This document shows positions 10,797-19,127 of a stretch of 64,000 bases of DNA, piece after piece; the stretch's first letter is position 1, and every line of letters starts with the position of its first letter. Source of the stretch: a bacterium (GTDB lineage: Bacteria; UBA10199; 2-02-FULL-50-16; JAJFLM01); NCBI GenBank assembly GCA_965216315.1, contig CBDCFN010000016.1:1920001-1984000 (forward strand), in the 5' to 3' direction. A program made the position numbers and the translations under genes. The notes beneath the pieces are model-generated. The model was not told where the DNA came from. It worked only from the letters and a program-made list of their open reading frames with translations, and ran no database searches.

Positions 10797-10999
10797 AAAT
10801 CTTATTCATTATACTCTGCGCACTGGGGCTTTTTGCCATCGCCGATATTGTCCTGCCTCTTAAGCACCATACTGGCGCCTTTTGGCAGAATATCCCGGGT
10901 GGTTATGCTTTACTGGGAGTCATCGGCTGCATCGCCTTAATTATCATCGCCAAGGCACTCGCCGGTCTGGGCATTCAACGGGAAGGAGAAAACGACTGA
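10793..10999 (+). CDS. Small 2-TM protein within the mrp operon
   Basis: Overlapping start/stop with both neighbours; WQNIPGGYALLGVIGC. Confidence 0.7.
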   Translation: MKILFIILCALGLFAIADIVLPLKHHTGAFWQNIPGGYALLGVIGCIALIIIAKALAGLGIQREGEND

Positions 11000-12732
11000 T
11001 GTTGTGGCCGCCTTTTCTTCCCCTCGTCATCGCCGCATTGGGCTGCCTTGTCTTGCCACGCAAGATGAGTGCCCTCTTAATTCCCGCAGCCGCCGCTACG
11101 ACATTACTGGCAATCTATCAGTTACCCACGGGTGATCACTTGAACTGGGCCTTCTTAGAGTATGAGCTCCATCCGCTCAAGGTCGATAATCTGAGCCGCA
11201 TTTTTGGTCTCATCTTCGCCCTTATCACCGCCATCGGTGGCATTTATGCGCTCGACTTGTTTTCTAAGCTCGAACAGATTGCGGCGCTTTTATATGCCGC
11301 CGGCGCCCTCGCCGTTACCTTTGCCGGTGACACCATCACCCTCTACTTCGGCTGGGAGATGATGGCCGTGGCCTCATTCTTTTTAATAGCGGCACGCAAA
11401 AAAAACCGCAGCCGCCGCGCCGCGGTTCGTTATTTTTTCGTTCATCTGGCCGGTGGGGTTCTCCTCGTTGCGGGTATCTTAATCGAACTCCATGCCACAC
11501 AGAGCATACTCCTTAACAGCTTCACAACAGAATCAGCAGGAATTGGCGCTTGGTTAATTCTCGCAGGGATCGCCGTCAATGCCGCGATTGTCCCCTTGCA
11601 TGCGTGGTTGCCGGATGCCTATCCGAAAGCAACGATCGGAGGCGCCGTCCTCCTTTCCGCCTTAACGACAAAGACCGCGGTCTATGCACTGGCACGGCTT
11701 TTTCCAGGATGGGAGCTTTTAATCGTCCTCGGTATCATCATGGCTCTCTATGGCGTTATCTTTGCCTTCCTCGCCGACGACATCCGGCTCGTGCTCGCCT
11801 ATCACATCGTAAGCCAAGTGGGATTCATGGTCGCCGGTATTGGACTCGGCAGCGAAATGGCGATCAATGGTGCGGTTGCGCATGCTTTTTGTCACATTCT
11901 TTATAAGGCGCTTTTGTTTATGGCCACCGGCTCCGTACTTTACGCCACCGGCAAATCACGGCTCTCGGAGTTAGGTGGGCTTTATCGGTCGCTGCGCTGG
12001 GTCTTTTTACTTTATATGGTCGGAGCCGTCTCGATTTCAGGCTGGCCCCTCTTTAACGGTTTTGTCAGCAAGTCGATGACAATTGATGCGGCCGGAGAAC
12101 TCCATCACTACACTGCTGTTACCTTACTTTACATTGCCAGCGTCGGAACTTTCTTATCCGTCGGACTTAAGTTGCCCTACTTTGCATGGTTTTCTAAACC
12201 ACTCCGGTCGCAGCCTGAGGCGTCCCGACAAAAACCTATTTCACCAAGCATGTATATAGGTATGGGGATTACAGCTCTTTTTTGCATCGTATTAGGCGTC
12301 TACCCCGACCTTTTATATCGCGCCCTGCCATATCCGGTTCACTACAAGCCCTACACGCTTGCGCACGTACTTCATGCGTGTGCCTATCTGATTGGAACCG
12401 GGCTCGCCTTCGCGCTCTATTTACCCAAAATTAAGATGAAATGGACTTACTTAATCGACACGGATTGGTTTTATCGACGACCTACAGCTTTGTATCGCGT
12501 TGTATTCGTAGATGTCCCCGCTAATTTCTTTGGCTGGGTCGAACGGTGCATTCTGCAGTTGGTCAGCGTGCTTACCTCCCTAAGCCGTAATCCGAGTCTT
12601 GCCTTCAAGACCATGGGCAAACCAAACAAAGACTATGACCCCGAACGGCAACGCCTTCCCTTAGCTTGGACGGTTTCGGCTATCTTGGGAACCACCCTTT
12701 TTCTGGGTCTCTGGCTGTTATTAGCCGGCTAG
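10999..12732 (+). CDS. mrpD: Mrp subunit D-like (paralog 3)
   Basis: ATG overlaps upstream TGA; PLHAWLPDAYP, AHAFCHILYKALLFM, GWPLFNGFVSK. Confidence 0.85.
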   Translation: MLWPPFLPLVIAALGCLVLPRKMSALLIPAAAATTLLAIYQLPTGDHLNWAFLEYELHPLKVDNLSRIFGLIFALITAIGGIYALDLFSKLEQIAALLYAAGALAVTFAGDTITLYFGWEMMAVASFFLIAARKKNRSRRAAVRYFFVHLAGGVLLVAGILIELHATQSILLNSFTTESAGIGAWLILAGIAVNAAIVPLHAWLPDAYPKATIGGAVLLSALTTKTAVYALARLFPGWELLIVLGIIMALYGVIFAFLADDIRLVLAYHIVSQVGFMVAGIGLGSEMAINGAVAHAFCHILYKALLFMATGSVLYATGKSRLSELGGLYRSLRWVFLLYMVGAVSISGWPLFNGFVSKSMTIDAAGELHHYTAVTLLYIASVGTFLSVGLKLPYFAWFSKPLRSQPEASRQKPISPSMYIGMGITALFCIVLGVYPDLLYRALPYPVHYKPYTLAHVLHACAYLIGTGLAFALYLPKIKMKWTYLIDTDWFYRRPTALYRVVFVDVPANFFGWVERCILQLVSVLTSLSRNPSLAFKTMGKPNKDYDPERQRLPLAWTVSAILGTTLFLGLWLLLAG

Positions 12733-13199
12733 GCGGCAAAGGAAAGATCCAGCTGGCGCGATACTTTGACGGGCGCCGGGCCTTCCAAATGGGGTGCCGC
12801 ACTCATCAGCTTCTTGAGATTGGCCGCCATCCAGCGTTCCGCTTCCCAATAATGGTGGTACTCCCGCTCCCTGCGCTTGAACTCGGCAGTATGGGCGATA
12901 CGGCGGCCGTTGACCTGTTCATAGGGGCACACCTGATGGCACATCTCGTGATGCATCACGGCCTCAACGACATAGAGCGGGACCCAGGCCTGGTCGAGGA
13001 CGGGGTGAATCCGAATGAGGCGCTCCTTATAATAGTAGGTCCCAAATTCCCGCGACCGCCGTGACTTCTGACCGCGTCCCTTGCCCCATTCGACCCGCGC
13101 CTTGACCTCACCGCCAAAGTAGAGGCCATTGAGACGTTTAAAGAACTTACGGAGGTTATAGATGCGGCCGGCTGCCGAGTTACGCTTGCTTTTTGGCAT
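12729..13199 (-). CDS. SprT-like zinc metallopeptidase
   Basis: F..LN..YFGG, IRIHPVLD, VMHHEMCH, HTAEF. Confidence 0.75.
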   Translation of the reverse strand: MPKSKRNSAAGRIYNLRKFFKRLNGLYFGGEVKARVEWGKGRGQKSRRSREFGTYYYKERLIRIHPVLDQAWVPLYVVEAVMHHEMCHQVCPYEQVNGRRIAHTAEFKRREREYHHYWEAERWMAANLKKLMSAAPHLEGPAPVKVSRQLDLSFAA

Positions 13200-13213
13200 G
13201 TTTCTTTATGTAA

Positions 13214-13732
13214 ATGGAATTTCAAGAGATGGCAAGCATGACACTAACCCCCCGCACCATGAAATGGGCCCTCAACCTCTATCCGCCGTATCTCTTCAGC
13301 GGCATCCGCATCAAGTATATCGCCCCGGATTGGAAAGAAATGATCGTCCAAGTGCGCAAAAGCCTGCTCAACCGCAACTATGTCGGGACGATCTTTGGGG
13401 GCACGATGTATTCCGCCGCCGATCCGATGTTTATGCTCATGCTCATCAAGATCATGGGGATTAAAGACTATATTATTTGGGACAAAGGAGCTGAGATCGA
13501 TTTCAAGAAACCTGGGCGGAGTCACCTGACGTACCACTTTGTCGTCAAGGATGCGGTAATCCGCGACATCAAGACACAACTCGAAACCGCGGAAAAACTG
13601 GTGCCGACTTTTTTAGTCAACGGCGTCGACAAAGAAGGCGGTATTTGCGTGACCATCCGTAAGACCGTCTACATCCGCAAAAAGAAGCCCGATCACGTCA
13701 GTCTCATCCACGAAGAGAAAACACCCGTTTAA
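13214..13732 (+). CDS. Hotdog-fold DUF4442/PaaI-like thioesterase family protein
   Basis: NLYPPYLFSGIRI, NRNYVGTIFGG, DPMFMLML, IWDKGAEIDFKKPG. Confidence 0.8.
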   Translation: MEFQEMASMTLTPRTMKWALNLYPPYLFSGIRIKYIAPDWKEMIVQVRKSLLNRNYVGTIFGGTMYSAADPMFMLMLIKIMGIKDYIIWDKGAEIDFKKPGRSHLTYHFVVKDAVIRDIKTQLETAEKLVPTFLVNGVDKEGGICVTIRKTVYIRKKKPDHVSLIHEEKTPV

Positions 13733-14646
13733 AGATGAGGCACATCGACGCCTCTTACGTCCGGCGGCGTCGCCGGAGCCTGTTGCAGCTTCCTCTCTTG
13801 AGGAGGACAGCTTAAGCACTCAGGTCCTGGACGCGGCCCAGGGAAGGGATCAGGCGGCATCTTCTCAATGAGATGGATCTCCCCCTTGAACTTATCGATG
13901 ACTGAAGGCCCGTCGTCGTCTAAATCGCAGGCATCTCCCTTGGCATCCCCGTCGCTGTTTAGCTGATCGGCATTGGCTATCGATTTGCAATTATCGACAT
14001 TGTCGAGCACGCCGTCGCCGTCCGTGTCGTCACAGGCATCGCCCTCACCGTCGTCGTTCCAATCATCTTGGCCCGCATTTGCAACAGCCGGACAGTTGTC
14101 GCACACATCACCGGCATTATCGCCATCACCATCGGCCTGATCGGTATTTGCCACGGCCTGACAATTGTCATCCATATTATTAATGCCATCGCTGTCGTCA
14201 TCATCCTCACCGGCATCACAAATACCGTTGCCATCCGTATCGACGCCATCATTGGCCGGATCACTCGGACCGTTGGTGCAATCATCACAGGTATCTCCAT
14301 CCGAGTCGCCGCAACTGGCGCTATCCGTGGGACTCGGATCCAGTGCATCACCTACGCCGTCGTTGTCGTCATCTGCATCACAGACGTCACCGCTCCCATC
14401 ACCATCGGTATCCAACTGATCCGCATTGGAGTTGCCAATACAGTTATCGGAGCTATCCGGAACGCCATCGCCGTCAAAGTCGGGCAGATCAGGCCCTGCT
14501 CCCTCCGAGGGAATTGTCCCGTCTCCACCAGCGTCACCGATTTCAGGGGTTAAGATATCAGGGGTGTCTCCAGAGTCAGCGCCTTGATTGGCACCGGAAC
14601 AGGCTGCGAGAAAAAAGATAGAAAAAATAATTAAAGAGCGTTTCAT
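13729..14646 (-). CDS. Lipoprotein with thrombospondin type-3 Ca-binding repeats
   Basis: Lipobox LAAC; repeated DNC...NxDQxDxDGDGxGDxCD. Confidence 0.85.
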   Translation of the reverse strand: MKRSLIIFSIFFLAACSGANQGADSGDTPDILTPEIGDAGGDGTIPSEGAGPDLPDFDGDGVPDSSDNCIGNSNADQLDTDGDGSGDVCDADDDNDGVGDALDPSPTDSASCGDSDGDTCDDCTNGPSDPANDGVDTDGNGICDAGEDDDDSDGINNMDDNCQAVANTDQADGDGDNAGDVCDNCPAVANAGQDDWNDDGEGDACDDTDGDGVLDNVDNCKSIANADQLNSDGDAKGDACDLDDDGPSVIDKFKGEIHLIEKMPPDPFPGPRPGPECLSCPPQERKLQQAPATPPDVRGVDVPHL

Positions 14647-14793
14647 AGGATCACTACCTCCATACAAAGGATTACAATTCACCCAGACACTCCAATATTA
14701 GTTTTCGGCGCAATCAGCCCCTTCAGTTGCGCGTCCAAGAGTGCTTTTTTCCGGCTGTTGACAATAACATACCAGAATCGTAGAGGTTTTACC

Positions 14794-15093
14794 ATGTCTC
14801 CAGCGGCTGCCAAAGTAGTAAAACCCAAGGCCAAGGCCCTTGTTCACGAGGATGCCTGTGTCGGCTGCGAATACTGCGTCCATTGGTGCCCGGTTGAGGA
14901 TTGTTTATGGCTCGAAGATCGTCCCGGTGCCGAACACGAACCACCGATCGTCAAGATCAACATTGAGACCTGTATTGGCTGCAAACAGTGCGAAGCCAAT
15001 TGTCCTTACGACGCCATTCACGTCTACAAACTCAAACCCGAAGAAGTGGAAGCGTGGATGCCGCTGCAGGGTGTCATACCAACTGAAGACTGA
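14794..15093 (+). CDS. 2x[4Fe-4S] ferredoxin
   Basis: CVGCEYCVHWCP and CIGCKQCEANCP. Confidence 0.9.
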   Translation: MSPAAAKVVKPKAKALVHEDACVGCEYCVHWCPVEDCLWLEDRPGAEHEPPIVKINIETCIGCKQCEANCPYDAIHVYKLKPEEVEAWMPLQGVIPTED

Positions 15094-15095
15094 AT

Positions 15096-15728
15096 TCAAG
15101 ACTTCTTGAGCCTTCTCATCTCTGCTTCCAGCAATTGATTCGCCTGCTCCTGAGATAGTTTTTTGCGAATGCTCTCTTCTCTGACCTTGCGGACAGCTTC
15201 AAGTGCATCGACCACATCATCCTGATAAGCTCGCTGCAACAGGCGCTTTTCAGCGGCCTCACCTAATTCCAGCAATAGTAAGGCATTAACACCATCAATA
15301 CCCGATTGCCAAAATTTAAAAGCACAGAGACGATCAACAATCAGATCTTCTATAGATATTATACACAGTGACTTTTTACCGATTTTCAGAATATCATACC
15401 GCTCGGAAGGCTTCAGAGCCTCACTCGGAAATTCAATATAGATCTGCCGTTTACGATCAATATAGTCCTTGCCCAGCTTTTCAAAACCTAAACCCTCCAT
15501 CACAGATATCACTTCAGTACCTCCTGGCGTCACCATATCGATATCCGCCGTCGCGTATCCTCCTTGGGTGTAGAACTCAACAGCCGCGCCACCGACTAAG
15601 ATAGGATCTTGCCCTACCTCTCGCAGGGCCTCGGCGATGATAGCCGCAATCTGCACGGCCCGCTCTGTACGCTCTTTGCGGGTCGCTGCTTTATCTAATG
15701 CTTGCTTGAGCTCATCAATCGAAGTCAC
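15096..15728 (-). CDS. Nucleotidyltransferase-fold protein (putative toxin partner)
   Basis: ILVGGAAV...ATADID motif (GG..DxD). Confidence 0.65.
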   Translation of the reverse strand: MTSIDELKQALDKAATRKERTERAVQIAAIIAEALREVGQDPILVGGAAVEFYTQGGYATADIDMVTPGGTEVISVMEGLGFEKLGKDYIDRKRQIYIEFPSEALKPSERYDILKIGKKSLCIISIEDLIVDRLCAFKFWQSGIDGVNALLLLELGEAAEKRLLQRAYQDDVVDALEAVRKVREESIRKKLSQEQANQLLEAEMRRLKKS

Positions 15729-16062
15729 GGAGTGCCTTTGCCTTATAAGCCTTCTGCCCCTTACGACTTAAGGAGTCCGCATCAAAGAGTCTGGCCGTCG
15801 CTTGCACAACGGCCTTGCGTTGACTGCGATCGCGCTGCCATGACTTCATCGTCAGAACACGTGTTTCCTGTGGTGCCGCCACTCTTTCAAGCAACGATAT
15901 GTATTCGCCGTAATCCATAAGCACCGCCGCAGGTCTCCCCTGATGAGTGATGACGAGACTCCGGCCGCCCTTGAGCAACCGCCTCATGAAAGCCGACAAC
16001 TTGGCCTTGACCTCCGAGAATGGTGCAAAATCAATCGTCCGAATATCCCATGCCTTTTTCAT
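15715..16062 (-). CDS. Phd/YefM-family antitoxin
   Basis: FSEVKAKLSAFMR...LVITHQGRPAAVLMDYGEY. Confidence 0.8.
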   Translation of the reverse strand: MKKAWDIRTIDFAPFSEVKAKLSAFMRRLLKGGRSLVITHQGRPAAVLMDYGEYISLLERVAAPQETRVLTMKSWQRDRSQRKAVVQATARLFDADSLSRKGQKAYKAKALRDFD

Positions 16063-16084
16063 AGTCTAAATTATAGTCTAAATT
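16061..16084. repeat. Tandem 12-bp direct repeat at the antitoxin start (candidate operator)
   Basis: ATAGTCTAAATT x2 (16061-16072, 16073-16084). Confidence 0.6.
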
Positions 16085-16361
16085 TTGATCATTTCAAGAA
16101 AAGCTTTCGCATGCTCTTATCATTAATGACAATATTACCATCTTGATAATGGACCCTGCGGAGCTGAATGCAGTAAAATCAAATATAATCAATAAGTTGG
16201 AGCCTTTTCGCCTGACGCAATGTCGACTTACTTATTGCTGCAATTAGTGAGTGGATTGAGTTATCCTTGAAACCAAGGGGTCTCGTAAAACGAGTTTCGC
16301 TGATCCGATTTTCCATCCTGGTGTCATTCCGCCTGAAGAGTAATAAGCCCACATATCGGCT

Positions 16362-16712
16362 TCACTCCTTTCGACTCAAGAAATCCAGCGCTATCGCTAG
16401 CGATTTGCGGACCGGCAAGGTCGCGACCATAATAACAAGGGCAATCCCAACAACGAGCATACGTGCGCCCCAATTCGTTGGAAAACCGATTAACAAAAAC
16501 CCGATAACGAATAGTCCGGTAATGGCGGCGGTACTGATATACATAAACGCCATCCCATCCACCTTATCGGCGAAGAAAACCCAACGGCAAACACGACATT
16601 GCTCATGAAGTTGGTTCCACCGCCTATAAAGAGTCGCCTTACCGCAACGAGGACAACGAAGTCGGAAGCCCCGTCTCAAAACCCTCCATAAAGTCAGCTG
16701 AGGTTCATACAT
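16362..16712 (-). CDS. DUF983-family membrane protein
   Basis: RGFRLRCPRCGKATLY, C..C, two TM helices. Confidence 0.75.
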   Translation of the reverse strand: MYEPQLTLWRVLRRGFRLRCPRCGKATLYRRWNQLHEQCRVCRWVFFADKVDGMAFMYISTAAITGLFVIGFLLIGFPTNWGARMLVVGIALVIMVATLPVRKSLAIALDFLSRKE

Positions 16713-16953
16713 CCCAACATCCTAATCAGTCTGAATCACAAACTCAAAAGCGTAAAAAGACCCTATAAATACTGGACATTTGCACGTGCTATATAAAATT
16801 TATATTATTTTTCGAGTAGTTATGTAGGTTTCCTATACCATGTCTAAGAGCGGGCTTTAAGTAGACGATATTAAGCCCCAAATAGAACGCTATCCACAAG
16901 GCGGAAAAACTGTAAAAACCCTTTATTTTCAGATAATTAGCCCCACTTTGCTC

Positions 16954-17015
16954 TTGACACTTTGAGGTCCCCCGCGTACATTGCCCAAGATGTGGGAAGA
17001 AGTGGGGAATATTGG
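16954..17015 (+). promoter_or_regulatory. dcw promoter with MraZ-binding repeats
   Basis: TTGACA-N17-TACATT (16954-16982); GTGGG at 16992 and 17002 with 10-bp period. Confidence 0.75.
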
Positions 17016-17034
17016 TTAATCTTGGAGAGCTAAG

Positions 17035-17475
17035 GTGTTTAGAGGCAGATACGAGCACAGCATAGATCAGAAAGGGCGCATCAGCATTCCCTCCAAGTTT
17101 CGCGAGATCCTTGGGGCCCAGTACGATGAGCGCCTTATCATCACCAACTTTGACCAATGCCTTTGGGCCTACCCGGTTGCCGAATGGAAAAAAGTCGAAG
17201 CCAAGGTGGCCTCTCTTCCCCAACTCAAGCCAGAGGTCAAAGCCCTCCAAAGATTTTTTATTTCCGCGGCCAGCGAATCGCCGCTTGATAAACAAGGACG
17301 CATTCTCATTCCACCGACACTTAGGGAGTACGCAGACTTAGATAAAGACTGCGTAATGGTGGGCATGAGTCAACGCATTGAAATCTGGTCACTTGATCGT
17401 TGGAACAAAGTCTTTATGGATGCCGAACAGACTTTGCAGGACTCTATTGAACAACTTACTGATTTGGGGATCTAA
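17035..17475 (+). CDS. mraZ: Transcriptional regulator MraZ
   Basis: MFRGRYEHSIDQKGRISIP, DKQGRILIP, RIEIW. Confidence 0.97.
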   Translation: MFRGRYEHSIDQKGRISIPSKFREILGAQYDERLIITNFDQCLWAYPVAEWKKVEAKVASLPQLKPEVKALQRFFISAASESPLDKQGRILIPPTLREYADLDKDCVMVGMSQRIEIWSLDRWNKVFMDAEQTLQDSIEQLTDLGI

Positions 17476-17476
17476 T

Positions 17477-17854
17477 ATGCATGCAAACAGCAACATTCAT
17501 ATCAAGCGCATTGATGACGTTGCAATAATTAAACCTCAAGGTGACCTTGAGCGCTATTTAGAAACAAACCTTTCAAAGTTGTTAAGCTCTCTCATAAATT
17601 CAAATTCTTTCAAGGTCATTCTCGATCTTTCTGAAGTCAACCATATTCACTACGACCTCCTCAAGCGTCTGACTCAAACTGTCGCGCTCTTCCAAGGGCT
17701 TGAAGGTGATTTATTATTTGCGTCCGCAACACCATATGTCAGAAAAATTTTTCAAGCAGTGGCCTGCGACGTTGGTCGCCATATTTTCAATTCAATTGGA
17801 GAGGCCCTTTTAAGTTTTGATAGGCCAACATTTTCGAGCCAGGCACTCCATTGA
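17477..17854 (+). CDS. STAS-domain protein
   Basis: IIKPQGDL, VILDLSEVNHI, PYVRKIFQ..IFNSIGEAL. Confidence 0.7.
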   Translation: MHANSNIHIKRIDDVAIIKPQGDLERYLETNLSKLLSSLINSNSFKVILDLSEVNHIHYDLLKRLTQTVALFQGLEGDLLFASATPYVRKIFQAVACDVGRHIFNSIGEALLSFDRPTFSSQALH

Positions 17855-18759
17855 CGAGTGATGAACGACATATTCCGGTAATGGTGAATGAAGTTTTAAC
17901 AGCATTGCAACCAGGACCCGGAAAGATTTTTTTGGATGGTACGGTTGGCTATGGCGGACACGCTCAAGCCCTCTTGAAGGCATCGGGAAGCGGCACACAA
18001 TTATTAGGGATTGATCGAGATTCAAAGGCACTCGCAGCGGCACATGAAAAATTGAAGGAATTCGGATCAAACGTTATGCTTTGTCACAGTACTTTTCATA
18101 AATTTGCTGAGGTTTTAGATGAAGCGGAAATTTCCGCTGTTGACGGTATGTTACTCGACTTAGGAGTATCATCTGTTCAACTTGACGAAGCAGGACGCGG
18201 CTTCAGTTTTCAGAACGATGGGCCCTTAGACATGCGTATGGATAGAGGGCTGGAGACAAGCGCAGCCGACATAGTTAATGAGTGGCCCGTCAACGACCTC
18301 GCTGATCTTATCTATGAATTGGGCGAAGAAAGACTCTCACGACGTTATGCACGTGCAATCGGTCAGGCGCGGACCAAAGCAAGAATTGAAACGACGAAAC
18401 AACTTGCCGATATTATTCTACGCGCCAATCCGCGCAAAGGTTGGCAGCGAATTCATCCGGCAACTCGCACCTTTCAAGCCCTGCGCATTGCCGTCAATGA
18501 AGAACTCAAGGAATTAGATGAATTTCTGAACAACTTCATCCCCTATTTGAGGCCCAACGGCCGCGTAGCCATCATCAGTTATCATTCATTGGAAGACAGG
18601 CGCGTCAAACAAGCCTTCCGGCAAGCCAAACTGGAGGGGAAATTAGCGCTTCTCAGTAAAAAACCGGAAATTCCGAGCAAAGAGGAGCTTGAATCGAATC
18701 CACGTTCCCGTTCAGCCAAACTGCGAAGTGCCATTAAGCTCAACCAGGAGAATCTATGA
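17851..18759 (+). CDS. rsmH: 16S rRNA m4C1402 methyltransferase
   Basis: HIPVM, DGTVGYGGHA, DLGVSSVQLD, HPATRTFQALRIAVN, NPRSRSAKLR. Confidence 0.97.
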   Translation: MTSDERHIPVMVNEVLTALQPGPGKIFLDGTVGYGGHAQALLKASGSGTQLLGIDRDSKALAAAHEKLKEFGSNVMLCHSTFHKFAEVLDEAEISAVDGMLLDLGVSSVQLDEAGRGFSFQNDGPLDMRMDRGLETSAADIVNEWPVNDLADLIYELGEERLSRRYARAIGQARTKARIETTKQLADIILRANPRKGWQRIHPATRTFQALRIAVNEELKELDEFLNNFIPYLRPNGRVAIISYHSLEDRRVKQAFRQAKLEGKLALLSKKPEIPSKEELESNPRSRSAKLRSAIKLNQENL

Positions 18760-19127
18760 AAGCGAGACGCAAACAAACAAAAGGCGTCATGACACGCATT
18801 CGGCGCAATGGTCGAATCGGAGCCGCCGCTATCCAAAAGAAGCGCCGCGTTCGAGATGCCGCTATCGTGCTGTCACTTTTTGTCATTATCTCACTTTTCT
18901 GGGTTTGGTCGCGTGTCGCTGTCCTGCAGACAGGGTATCGTGTTCATCACCTTGCACGTCAATATCATAAGTTGGAAGACAAATATCGCGCCCTAAAACT
19001 TGAAGAGGCAACATTAAAGACACCGCATCGTTTAGTACCTTTAGCTAAGAAGGATCTAGGACTGATGCAACCAAGTCCTGATCAAGTTGTAATCGTACCT
19101 GAATCAATCCGAATCGCTGAGCAGTGA
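18756..19127 (+). CDS. ftsL: Cell division protein FtsL
   Basis: TM helix plus coiled coil, position between rsmH and ftsI. Confidence 0.85.
   Translation: MKARRKQTKGVMTRIRRNGRIGAAAIQKKRRVRDAAIVLSLFVIISLFWVWSRVAVLQTGYRVHHLARQYHKLEDKYRALKLEEATLKTPHRLVPLAKKDLGLMQPSPDQVVIVPESIRIAEQ

Noticed and set aside
13900..14480. Repetitive GxCATC/GTCGTC-rich DNA as a possible CRISPR or tandem array
   Set aside because: Explained by Asp-rich thrombospondin type-3 protein repeats; no constant repeat-spacer structure
14700..14732. Sixth copy of the GCAAC-N16-CGA motif before the TSP3 gene
   Set aside because: Spacing is 18 rather than 16, and the gene has a normal lipoprotein signal
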